Source of the DNA: Gemmatimonadota bacterium
GTDB taxonomy: Bacteria > Gemmatimonadota > Gemmatimonadetes > Gemmatimonadales > GWC2-71-9
Assembly: GCA_039589275.1 (NCBI GenBank)
Contig: JBDHHP010000010.1
Coordinates: 15-64,014, forward strand
DNA length: 64,000 nucleotides
Direction: 5' to 3'
A program made the position numbers and the translations under genes. Each line of letters opens with the position of its first letter. The stretch's first letter is position 1. The notes under the pieces were generated by a model. The model was given only the letters and a program-made list of their open reading frames with translations. It was not told the DNA's origin and made no database searches. This document shows positions 15,565 to 24,438 of the stretch, one piece after another.

Positions 15565-16179
15565 CTACAGCACCAGCGACACCACGTTGCTGGGCTCTCC
15601 CTCACCGCTCTTGTTAACAGCCACCACCTGGTACAACAGCTCCACACCACGCTGCTGCCCGCTCAGCACGACTTCACTCTCGATCGACATACCTGCATCG
15701 CTCCACGAGCGCGTGTCCTTGGTGCGATACTGCACCCGGTACGCAGCCACGCTCCCGCCCGACGACGGCGCCTTCCAGTCCAGTATGCACCATCCCTCCC
15801 CCTGCCCCACCAGCTCCAGACTGCGCACCTGACCCGGTACCTCCATGATCGTGCCGCTCTTGCGGCCACCCCAACCGAGCTGCTTGAGCTTCTCGGGCTC
15901 GTGCCTAACCGTGTTCTCGGCGTAGCGTAGATCCGCCTTCATCAGATCAACCAGCTTCTCGAACGCCTCGTCCTTCACCGCGTACTTCTCCCTGGCGGCG
16001 CCGTCCGCCGCCAACGCCGCGTCCTTGGCGGCGTCATACTCCGCCAGCGCGGCCTCGATCTCCTGTGGTGGAACCGGAGGCGCGGGAAACTCCTCCGTAC
16101 CTTCCGTGAGTCCCGTGATCATCCGCCGAGCCAGTGCGGCTGCTTCAGCCTCGCTCTTTGGGAATCTCGCCATGGTCAC
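15565..16179 (-). CDS. Fibronectin type III domain protein with alpha-helical N-terminal half
   Basis: C-terminal VPGQVRSLELVGQGEGWCILDWKAPSSGGSVAAYRVQYRTKD...LLYQVVAVNKSGEGEPSNVVSLVL is a clear FN3 pattern. Confidence 0.7.
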   Translation of the reverse strand: MTMARFPKSEAEAAALARRMITGLTEGTEEFPAPPVPPQEIEAALAEYDAAKDAALAADGAAREKYAVKDEAFEKLVDLMKADLRYAENTVRHEPEKLKQLGWGGRKSGTIMEVPGQVRSLELVGQGEGWCILDWKAPSSGGSVAAYRVQYRTKDTRSWSDAGMSIESEVVLSGQQRGVELLYQVVAVNKSGEGEPSNVVSLVL

Positions 16180-16625
16180 ATTCTCCTTGTATTGGCCTCA
16201 GCCCTGGATTGAGAGTTGTGTGGCGTTTTTTTGCGCCACGCTTTGGAGGCAACACCATAGCAGCCAACCATCAACAGATCCTCAACAGATCGACCCGAAG
16301 AACGCCGAAAGTCTCAACGCGTTGTGCGACATGGAGTTATGACGCGATTGCGAGGTGGGATCCCGCGGTCTCAAGCATGCGAGATGTGCCAGCTGAAGCG
16401 TCCGCCACCGCCCAAGGACCGTTTTCCCGCCGCGTCGGGCGGATGATTTGAGTGCCGCGACAGCTCACTCCTGCCCCAGGTAGACCGGCTCCGGGTGCAG
16501 GCATGCTCGACCTCGACACGGGTGAGCCGACCGCAGGCGCCAGTCAGTCGACTCTCGCCTCGAGGCGTTTCCCGAGATCAATGGTAGCCTGACCCACACC
16601 TCACGGACGCTTCCCTACGCTCTTA

Positions 16626-16774
16626 AAAGCCCGACTTGCAGGTCAAGTTGACCGACTCATAGCTCGAGGAAGCCGACTTGCGCTGGTGGGGAGGCTGACT
16701 CACGGCGAGAGGAAGCTGACTTACAGCTAGAGCAAGCTGGAGATCATCGAGAGGTGGCTCACTATCGTGGAGGG
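16626..16774. repeat. Seven degenerate tandem repeats with 21-22-bp period
   Basis: Units: AAAGCCCGACTTGCAGGTCAA / GTTGACCGACTCATAGCTCGAG / GAAGCCGACTTGCGCTGGTGGG / GAGGCTGACTCACGGCGAGAG / GAAGCTGACTTACAGCTAGAG / CAAGCTGGAGATCATCGAGAG / GTGGCTCACTATCGTGGAGGG. Confidence 0.6.
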
Positions 16775-16810
16775 AAGAGAGACCCCTTCCCCGTTTCCCC
16801 TGTTCCTTGT

Positions 16811-16880
<70 letters not shown>

Positions 16881-16885
16881 CCCCC

Positions 16886-16914
16886 TTGCCCCTCGAAACC
16901 AAAATACGTATACT
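16886..16914 (+). promoter_or_regulatory. Putative padR-1 promoter (TTGCCC-N17-TATACT)
   Basis: The -10 is embedded in TATACTCTCG, the same 10-mer as at the padR-2 promoter. It is preceded by a C-rich tract. Confidence 0.4.
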
Positions 16915-16993
16915 CTCGTAATACTAGTACCATTTTGTACTATTAGCACCACAACGGGACGAGCGCCCGGGCGACGCGACCCATATCCGGAGC

Positions 16994-17359
16994 ATGAATC
17001 GAGTGCGAAAGAGAAAGACCCAGGGAGTAGATCACCTGCTGCCGCTCAAGCCGGCGCTGTACCTGATGCTGCTGGCGCTCGCCGACGGTGACCGCCATGG
17101 ATACGGTCTCAAGAAGGAGATCCTCGGGCGGACCGACGGTCGAGTTAAGCTGGGCGCGGGAACGCTGTACCGATCGATCCGGCAGCTCGTCGATCTGGGC
17201 TTGATAGAGGAGTCAGACCGGAGACCGGACCCGGCGCTGGACGACGAGCGGCGCCGCTACTTCCGTCTCACGCCGCTGGGCCGCCACGCGGCCCGCGCCG
17301 AAACCGAGCGCCTGGCTGACCTGGTGCGCATCGCACAGTCCAGCCGCCTGGCGGGCTGA
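16994..17359 (+). CDS. PadR family transcriptional regulator
   Basis: LKPALYLMLLALADGDRHGYGLKKEILGRTDGRVKLGAGTLYRSIRQLVDLGLIEE is a PadR winged-helix signature. Confidence 0.85.
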   Translation: MNRVRKRKTQGVDHLLPLKPALYLMLLALADGDRHGYGLKKEILGRTDGRVKLGAGTLYRSIRQLVDLGLIEESDRRPDPALDDERRRYFRLTPLGRHAARAETERLADLVRIAQSSRLAG

Positions 17360-17369
17360 TCTGACGGCA

Positions 17370-20087
17370 ATGAGCCAGAACCGATCGGCATACCGCCTCC
17401 TGCTGCTGCTCTACCCCGCCCGATTCAGACGGGAGTACGGCGGTGAGGCCCTACGACAACTGCATCACGATCTGCGCGAGGCAAGAAGCGCCGGCCCCAT
17501 ACGGTCCGTGTTGGAACGCGCGGCGTGCCTCGCTGACTTCTGTCTCGCCGGCTTGGCGGAACGACTCACCTCGATGTCGACTGGAGATCCGAACCGCAGT
17601 CGCAAGACGACAGGCCATTTCATGAGTACCGTGTTCCAGGACATCCGCTTCGCCCTGCGCGGCTTCATCAAGCGTCCGGGCTTCGCCCTGGTTGCGATCG
17701 TCTCCCTGGCGCTCGGCGTCGGGGCCAACACCGCCATCTTCAGCGTCGCCAACGGTGTCCTGTTCCGACCGCTGCCGTACGACGAGCCGGACCGGGTAGT
17801 GCAGATCCTGGGCACCCGCGACGCTCAGCTCACGGTCCGCAACGTGTGGCTCTCCTACCCCGAAATTGCAGATCTGCGAGCGACCAGTGAGGCGTTTGAG
17901 AACATCTCGGCGCGGCAGGGTTGGAGCCCCATCCTGTACGATGACGGCGTACCCACTCGGGTGTCCGGCATGGCCGTCTCCGATTGCTACTTCGACCTGT
18001 TCGGCCTGCCGCCGGCCCTGGGTCGTTTCTTCCTGCCGGAAGAGGGCGAGCTGGGTCACGAGCCGGTGGTCGTGTTGAGCTACGGATCCTGGCAACAGCG
18101 GTTTGCCGGAGACAGATCGGTGATCGGCCAAACGCTCGACCTCGACGGAACGCGTTACTCGATAGTGGGAGTAGCGCCGCAACAGTTCGTCGATCCGTTC
18201 GGCGGCAATCCACAGATGTGGCGCTCTCGTCCCCCCACGTGGGACGAGACACATCTCGCTCGCATAAATCACAGCTGGAGAGCGATCGGTAGGCTGGCGA
18301 GCGGAGCTACGCTCGGGCAGGCACAGGCCGACGTAGATCGCATCTGGTCCGGGTTCCAGATCCAGTATCCTGACAGCCACAACAACGAGGGAGTTCGCCT
18401 GCAGACCGCAAAGCAATGGATGACCGGCGGCGTGCAGACCGGGATCCTGGTGTTGCTCGGCGCGGTGGGACTGGTCCTGTTAATTGCATGCGCCAACGTT
18501 GCCAGCCTGTTTCTCACCCGCACCCTCGCGCGCAGCCGCGAGGTGGCCGTGCGCGCATCACTCGGCGCCGGCCGCGGCCGCATCGTGCGGCAGCTCGTGA
18601 CGGAAGTGTGCTTGCTGTTCTTGATCGGTGGCGCGGTCAGCCTCCCGGTCGCATGGCTGGGAACCGACTCGCTGCTGTCACTGGGAGGGACGAATCTGCC
18701 CAGGTTCGCGGAGATACGCGTGGACTGGGCGGTGATGGGGTTCGCGCTCGGGTTGTCACTCGTGACCGGTCTGATCTTCGGCCTCACCGCCGCGTACCCC
18801 GCCGTGCGTTCCGATCTAGCGCCTACGCTACAGGCGGCCGGGCGCAGCGCGTCGGGAGATACGAGTAGTCAGCGGCTGCGAGGTGCGCTGGTTGTAATGG
18901 AGTTGGCTCTCGCCATGGTGCTACTCACGGGATCGGGCCTGTTGCTGAGGAGCCTCTGGAGTCTGCAGCAGGTGGAGCCCGGGTTCCGCCCCGAGAACGT
19001 GCTGACACTGCGCACCTACCCGCGCGCGGGCCAGTACGGCGAGCCGGAAGAGATCACGAATCTGTACCAGGAAATGACTGCCCGCCTGGCAACCGTTCCC
19101 GGTGTAACCGCCGCAGGAGCGGTGAACTTCATACCTATGACCTCGGCCCAGAACTGCGAGTTCGTGTGGCGCGACGACCTGCCGGTACCTCCCCGGGAGA
19201 CATTGTCCGACTACGATTTCCCCCGCTGCCTCGAGGTGCGTGTGGTCACACCAGACTACTTCGATGCAATGGGTATCACCGTGTTGCGCGGTCGCGGGTT
19301 CACCGCAGCCGATGACGCCGCCGCACCGCCCGTCACCTTGATCAGTCAAGCGGCCGCCGAGTTGGGATTCCGCGGCGAGGACCCGCTCGGCAAGCGCGTG
19401 ACATTGTACGAGACCCGCGACTTCCTGCCCAACGTCTCGCGTGAGATCGTGGGCGTCGTGAGCAACGTGCGGAAAAGGAGCCTGGCCGCCGAAGCGGTCC
19501 CCGCCATCTACTTCGCGCACGCACAGGAACCCGATCCGTGGCGGCGGCGGGTCATGACGCTGGCCCTGAGAACCGCAGGCAACCCAACGGAGTTGGCGGA
19601 CCTGGCGCGCGCCACCGTGTGGCAGATCGACGATGAGACCCTGATCGACTTCGTACGCCCCATGACGACCCTCGTGAACCGCACTACCGCCCAACCGAGG
19701 TTCCGCACCACACTGGTATTGATATTCGGCGCAGTTGCGCTGCTGCTCTCCACGATCGGCGTGGCGGGAGTGGTGGGTTACGCCTTATCCCGCCGTATCC
19801 CGGAGATCGGTCTTCGCATCGCACTCGGCGCCGAGAGCAGAGACATCTACAGCACGGTCATGAGCCAGGGACTCAAGCTCACTGCCTGGGGACTGATACT
19901 CGGTGTGGGCGGCGCACTCGCCTCGACCAAGCTGTTGTCGGGAATCCTATTCGGCGTACCGCCGCACGATCCGGCGAGCTTCGTTGCCGCGTCACTGCTG
20001 ATGGCAGTGGTTGCGCTCGTGGCAATCTGGATTCCGGCCCGTAGGGCATTGCGGGTGGACCCGGTGAAAACGCTGAACGCGGAGTAG
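17370..20087 (+). CDS. ADOP-type duplicated MacB/FtsX-like permease (orphan; no ATPase gene adjacent)
   Basis: 905 aa. N-terminal cytoplasmic extension (YRLLLLLYPARFRREYG). Two MacB-like periplasmic domains, each followed by an FtsX-type 4-TM module (RPGFALVAIVSLALGVGANTAIFSV; IACANVASLFLTR; LRIALGAESRDIY). Ends PARRALRVDPVKTLNAE. Confidence 0.85.
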   Translation: MSQNRSAYRLLLLLYPARFRREYGGEALRQLHHDLREARSAGPIRSVLERAACLADFCLAGLAERLTSMSTGDPNRSRKTTGHFMSTVFQDIRFALRGFIKRPGFALVAIVSLALGVGANTAIFSVANGVLFRPLPYDEPDRVVQILGTRDAQLTVRNVWLSYPEIADLRATSEAFENISARQGWSPILYDDGVPTRVSGMAVSDCYFDLFGLPPALGRFFLPEEGELGHEPVVVLSYGSWQQRFAGDRSVIGQTLDLDGTRYSIVGVAPQQFVDPFGGNPQMWRSRPPTWDETHLARINHSWRAIGRLASGATLGQAQADVDRIWSGFQIQYPDSHNNEGVRLQTAKQWMTGGVQTGILVLLGAVGLVLLIACANVASLFLTRTLARSREVAVRASLGAGRGRIVRQLVTEVCLLFLIGGAVSLPVAWLGTDSLLSLGGTNLPRFAEIRVDWAVMGFALGLSLVTGLIFGLTAAYPAVRSDLAPTLQAAGRSASGDTSSQRLRGALVVMELALAMVLLTGSGLLLRSLWSLQQVEPGFRPENVLTLRTYPRAGQYGEPEEITNLYQEMTARLATVPGVTAAGAVNFIPMTSAQNCEFVWRDDLPVPPRETLSDYDFPRCLEVRVVTPDYFDAMGITVLRGRGFTAADDAAAPPVTLISQAAAELGFRGEDPLGKRVTLYETRDFLPNVSREIVGVVSNVRKRSLAAEAVPAIYFAHAQEPDPWRRRVMTLALRTAGNPTELADLARATVWQIDDETLIDFVRPMTTLVNRTTAQPRFRTTLVLIFGAVALLLSTIGVAGVVGYALSRRIPEIGLRIALGAESRDIYSTVMSQGLKLTAWGLILGVGGALASTKLLSGILFGVPPHDPASFVAASLLMAVVALVAIWIPARRALRVDPVKTLNAE

Positions 20088-20100
20088 GTGGCGGAACCCT

Positions 20101-20130
20101 TCCCGCCTCTTCCCGCCTCTTCCCGCCCCC
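20101..20130. repeat. Three tandem C-rich decamers (TCCCGCCTCT x2, TCCCGCCCCC)
   Basis: Read directly from the sequence. They abut the -35 element of the padR-2 promoter. Confidence 0.8.
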
Positions 20131-20169
20131 TTGACTTCCGAAGTCTACATTTTATACTCTCGAAGTATA
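20131..20169 (+). promoter_or_regulatory. Putative padR-2 promoter (TTGACT-N16-TATACT) with overlapping palindromic operator
   Basis: -35 at 20131-20136 and -10 at 20153-20158. Perfect inverted repeat TATACT-CTCGA-AGTATA at 20153-20169. Confidence 0.45.
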
Positions 20170-20193
20170 CAACAGCGACTTCGAGGTCGGCCC

Positions 20194-20529
20194 ATGACGA
20201 ACTCCTTCATCGGCGAATTTGAACAAATGGTGTTGCTGTCCATCCTGCAGCAAGGGGATCAGGCCTACGCCATCGATGTACGCAGGGAACTGGAGCGCTC
20301 GGCAGGGCGGTCGGTTTCCCGCGGCGCGCTATACCGCACCTTCGATCGGCTAGAGGCCAAGGGATTCCTCGAGTGGGAACTCGAGGGTGGAAACCCGTCG
20401 CCCGATCGCGGCGGACATCCAATGCGTCACTTCCGCGTAACCAAGACCGGCATCGAAGCGCTGCAGGCTTCGCGCACCGCTCTCATCAAGCTGTGGTCCG
20501 GACTCGAGACGGTGCTGGACAAACCGTGA
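20194..20529 (+). CDS. PadR family transcriptional regulator
   Basis: Start at ATG 20194: MTNSFIGEFEQMVLLSILQQGDQAYAIDVRRELERSAGRSVSRGALYRTFDRLEAKGFLE. Confidence 0.85.
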   Translation: MTNSFIGEFEQMVLLSILQQGDQAYAIDVRRELERSAGRSVSRGALYRTFDRLEAKGFLEWELEGGNPSPDRGGHPMRHFRVTKTGIEALQASRTALIKLWSGLETVLDKP

Positions 20530-23225
20530 CAGCCCCGGCTCGAACCGCACACGAACCACCGGCGCTCGCCGAGTCGCTGCTGACGCGCTGCCTACCATCG
20601 GATGAGCGCGCCGCGTGCATTCTCGGCGACCTGCGCCAGGAGTTCGCCGACTTGTGTCGCCTGGGACTCGAGAGGCCGGCACGCGGATGGTACCGCAAAC
20701 AGGCTCTCGCCATCGGCTGGCGCTACCTGCTCGCACGCCATCGCCCCGCCACCATGCTCGGCTCGAACCAGCCGGTCGGACCAAACAAACGAGGCAATAC
20801 CGTGGAATCGCTGCTCCAGGATACGCGTTACGCCGTACGGTCGTTTGCCAGACGACCGGGGTTCTCGCTCACTGTGATCGCAATAGTCGGACTCGGCATC
20901 GGTGCCGCTACCTCGATCTTCAGTGTGGTGGACGGTGTGTTGCTCAAGCGACTGCCCTACCCCGACCCGCACGAGCTGGTGTTCTTCGGCAACCCGGCCC
21001 ACCCGATTCCGCTAATGCTCGACTGGCGCGATCGCACTAACTCGTTCGCGTCGATGGCTGGCGTGTGGGACCGCGAGGTCGACTTGACGGGTGACGGAGA
21101 ACCGCAAACTATCCGTATCGGTCTGGTGACACGTGACTTCTTTTCTCTACTAGGCGCACGGGCCGGACGGGGTCGCCTGTTCGCGTCGGACGAATTCGAG
21201 TCACCATCCAGAGTGGCGGTAGTGAGCTACCTGATGTGGCAGTCCCGCTGGGGCGGGGATCGTGATCTCATCGGGAAGACCGTCACGCTGGGCGGTGAGC
21301 CCGCCACCGTGGTGGGCGTACTCGACTCTGAGTTCCAAGATCCGGACGCGATGGTGGGGTCCGGGATCGACGTGTGGCTGCCGCTCGACCTGCGCGACCC
21401 CGAGGTCGCCAACCGAAACATGTACATCCTCGCGGTGGGCGCCCGGCTCAAAACCGGAGTGACGCGCGAAGCGGCTCAAGCCGACGTGAACGCGCTCACG
21501 GCCATCCTCGCCGAAGAACATCCCGACCACGCGCTGCGGCGCGACGGAACACCGCGCCGCTACACCGTGCTTTCGTTGCAAGAGGCAATCGTGGGAGATG
21601 CGGCGACCGTGCTCTACATGCTGCTCGGCGCCGTCGCGCTGCTGCTGGTAATCGCCTGCGCCAACGTGGCCAACTTGTTCCTCGCACGCGGCACGGAGCG
21701 CCAGCGTGAGATGGCGTTGAGAGGCGCACTCGGAGCCGGTCGCACGCGCGTCCTGGGCCAGCTTCTCACCGAGAGCGTGATGATCTCGCTAGCCGGCGGT
21801 TTGCTCGGACTAGCAATCGCTTACGGTGGCGTGCGGTTATTCGAGTTGTACAATCCCGGCGGCATACCGCGCGCGGAGAGCATTGCGGTCGACCTGCGAG
21901 TGCTTGGTTTTGCACTCGGCGTGTCGGCGCTCACCGGCATACTCTTTGGGCTCGCACCAGCACTACAGGCAATGGGAGTCGACGTCACCGACTCGTTGAA
22001 GGACGCATCCGGCACGCTCACAGCGAGCCGTGCGCGTCGCAAATTGCGCAACACACTGGTGGTCGCGGAGATAGCTGTCGCGCTGGTGCTGCTGATTGGA
22101 GCGGGATTGCTGTTCAACAGCTTCATTCGCTTGAAGAGCATTGATCCCGGTTTCCAGACTGACGACGTCGTTTCGGTATCACTCCGCTTCCGCCCTGCCC
22201 CGCTCGATCAACCGCCCGAGGCAGAGCGCATTAGGATGACTCAAGATCTGTTGCAGCGATTAGCTGCGATTCCTGGAGTGGAACGAGTTGCCGCCGGTGT
22301 CACGATTCCGTTCGGTACCGGCGGCCGTGGCACCATGTGTTGCTGGCTGAGCAACGTACGAGCGACGCCGGAAGAGATCGAGGACGCACCCGACCCGATC
22401 ATCCACCCAGTTACACCCGGGTACTTCGCTACGATCGGTACCCGAGTCATTCGCGGCAGGGAGTTCACCGCGTCGGACCTCGATTCGGCCAGCGTGCCGC
22501 TGATCATCAACACTCGCCTGGCAAACCGGCTGTTCGAGGCGGAAGACCCGATCGGCCGCACCATCTGGTTCCGTGAATACCGCGGCAACGTCATAGGCGT
22601 GGTGGACAACATCCTGCACTGGGGGCTACACCGCACCGCCGACTACGAGATGTACGTCCCATACAACGTCATGGGCGGGTTCTTCGGGCGGATCCAGTTT
22701 GCGGTCAAGTCCGGACTCGATCCGTCAGTGATCGCGGGCGACATCCGTGAAGCCGTCTGGGCTGTGAACCCAGATCAGCCGATTCGTGAGATCGCCCCGG
22801 TGAATCAGCTAGTCGGCGGGTCGATTGCGGAGCCGCGCTTTGTGTCGGCACTGCTGATCGCGTTCTCTGCCATGGCCATCCTATTGGCGGCCGGCGGCAT
22901 CTACGGTTCGATCCTCTACTCTGTGCAGCAGAGACAACGCGAATTGGGTATTCGTATGGCACTGGGGGCCGGTCGAGTGAGTGTGGTCGGCCTGATTCTG
23001 AAACAGGGAATGTTGCTCACCGCGATCGGTGTCACGCTTGGTGTCGGCGGAGCGCTGGCGCTGACACGCACCATGGAGAGCCTGTTGTTCGGCATCACGC
23101 CGAGCGATGCGACGACGTACGTCGTGGTGTGCGCGCTACTCGCCGCGGTCGCCCTGACCGCAAGCTACCTGCCGGCGCGCAGGGCGTCTGAGACCGACCC
23201 AATGGAGACGTTGCGGGTGGAGTGA
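20526..23225 (+). CDS. ADOP-type duplicated MacB/FtsX-like permease (second copy)
   Basis: GTG 20526 overlaps the padR stop (GTGA). Same architecture as 17370-20087 (RPGFSLTVIAIVGLGIGAATSIFSV; IACANVANLFLAR; IRMALGAGRVSVV; PARRASETDPMETLRVE). Confidence 0.85.
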   Translation: MTAPARTAHEPPALAESLLTRCLPSDERAACILGDLRQEFADLCRLGLERPARGWYRKQALAIGWRYLLARHRPATMLGSNQPVGPNKRGNTVESLLQDTRYAVRSFARRPGFSLTVIAIVGLGIGAATSIFSVVDGVLLKRLPYPDPHELVFFGNPAHPIPLMLDWRDRTNSFASMAGVWDREVDLTGDGEPQTIRIGLVTRDFFSLLGARAGRGRLFASDEFESPSRVAVVSYLMWQSRWGGDRDLIGKTVTLGGEPATVVGVLDSEFQDPDAMVGSGIDVWLPLDLRDPEVANRNMYILAVGARLKTGVTREAAQADVNALTAILAEEHPDHALRRDGTPRRYTVLSLQEAIVGDAATVLYMLLGAVALLLVIACANVANLFLARGTERQREMALRGALGAGRTRVLGQLLTESVMISLAGGLLGLAIAYGGVRLFELYNPGGIPRAESIAVDLRVLGFALGVSALTGILFGLAPALQAMGVDVTDSLKDASGTLTASRARRKLRNTLVVAEIAVALVLLIGAGLLFNSFIRLKSIDPGFQTDDVVSVSLRFRPAPLDQPPEAERIRMTQDLLQRLAAIPGVERVAAGVTIPFGTGGRGTMCCWLSNVRATPEEIEDAPDPIIHPVTPGYFATIGTRVIRGREFTASDLDSASVPLIINTRLANRLFEAEDPIGRTIWFREYRGNVIGVVDNILHWGLHRTADYEMYVPYNVMGGFFGRIQFAVKSGLDPSVIAGDIREAVWAVNPDQPIREIAPVNQLVGGSIAEPRFVSALLIAFSAMAILLAAGGIYGSILYSVQQRQRELGIRMALGAGRVSVVGLILKQGMLLTAIGVTLGVGGALALTRTMESLLFGITPSDATTYVVVCALLAAVALTASYLPARRASETDPMETLRVE

Positions 23226-23262
23226 GGGCGGGTCCTCCCTGACCCCGGTCTTGAGCCCGGGG

Positions 23263-24171
23263 TTAGGAGAGCCCCCGCAACTCCTCGACAAACCCCGCAT
23301 CAACCCAATACACATCCCCACCGGAGGAATAGAAGAAGTACTCCCCATCGGGTGACATCATCGGGCAGTAGTCGTAGCGATCGGTGTTGATCGACGACCC
23401 CAGGTTCTGTTCGTTCGACCAAGAGCCGTCATCCTGCCGGAAGCTAATGTAGAGATCGCCGCTGCCGTAACCACCCGGCCGGTCGCTCGACACGAAGATG
23501 ATGTAGCTCTGGTCCGGCGCGACGTACACGTCGCCCTCGGCGAACTCCGAGCTGACGGGGGCACCCACGTTCTCAGCCGGTGCGTACTCACCATCCACCA
23601 ATCGCGAAACGAAGATGTCCGACTCGCCCAGCGTGCCCTGACGCGTCGACTGGAAATAGAGCGTGCCGTCGCCGGCAACCGCAGGATATATCTGCCTTGC
23701 GCCCGAGTTCACGGCATCACTCATCGGCCTAGCCTCGCCCCAGTCATCTCCCTGCCAATCCACCACCCAGATCTGCCAGTCGTCTTCCGCCTCGTCCCCC
23801 TCGCGCGGCGCCTTCGATCCATAGAACAGTCGGTTGCCGTCAGGCGACACGAACGGATCGACGTCGCCGTAGCCACTGGTGAACGAAGCCGGTGCAGGGT
23901 CACCCCACGCACCTTCTTCCCACCTCATCTCCATGATCGTCGCGCCAGCACTGTCGGCAATGGAGAAGTAGAAGCGCCGGCCATCGGGCGTGAACACTGA
24001 GTTGAGTTCCCGATTCTCGACAGTGGACACTACTCCGGGCGCAAACAGCGCCGCCGTTGCTCCTGGCGGCGCGTGTCCCAAGTACGGAGTCGGTTCACTC
24101 TCCCGCGACGCACTGCCACAGGCCACGCCAACCGTCAACAGACAACACACCTTTCGAGTGGAACCCATCAT
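23263..24171 (-). CDS. PD40/TolB-like beta-propeller repeat lipoprotein
   Basis: Start at ATG 24171 (MMGSTRKVCCLLTVGVACGS). Repeated FTPDGRRFYFS, FVSPDGNRLFYGS, YVAPDQSYIIFVS and MSPDGEYFFYSS blades. Confidence 0.7.
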   Translation of the reverse strand: MMGSTRKVCCLLTVGVACGSASRESEPTPYLGHAPPGATAALFAPGVVSTVENRELNSVFTPDGRRFYFSIADSAGATIMEMRWEEGAWGDPAPASFTSGYGDVDPFVSPDGNRLFYGSKAPREGDEAEDDWQIWVVDWQGDDWGEARPMSDAVNSGARQIYPAVAGDGTLYFQSTRQGTLGESDIFVSRLVDGEYAPAENVGAPVSSEFAEGDVYVAPDQSYIIFVSSDRPGGYGSGDLYISFRQDDGSWSNEQNLGSSINTDRYDYCPMMSPDGEYFFYSSGGDVYWVDAGFVEELRGLS

Positions 24172-24438
24172 CGCCTCCACATTGGCTCGATTCCTGGCCC
24201 CAGACTTGAATCTGGGGTAATCAAAGCTATGCCACCTAACAACTAAAGCCATACCGCCCTTTGCCGCCCTCTCCCGCCTTCGCCTTCCTCCGCCGTCCTC
24301 CACCGTCCTCCACCCCAGCTCTTGCGAATCTATGCATATCTGATATATATATTTGTTACATATTGATACAGCATCTGAGCATCAGGTCGGGGCGGAGCGC
24401 CCCGAATCGACGGCGGCAGATGTGCTGGATGGAAACTC

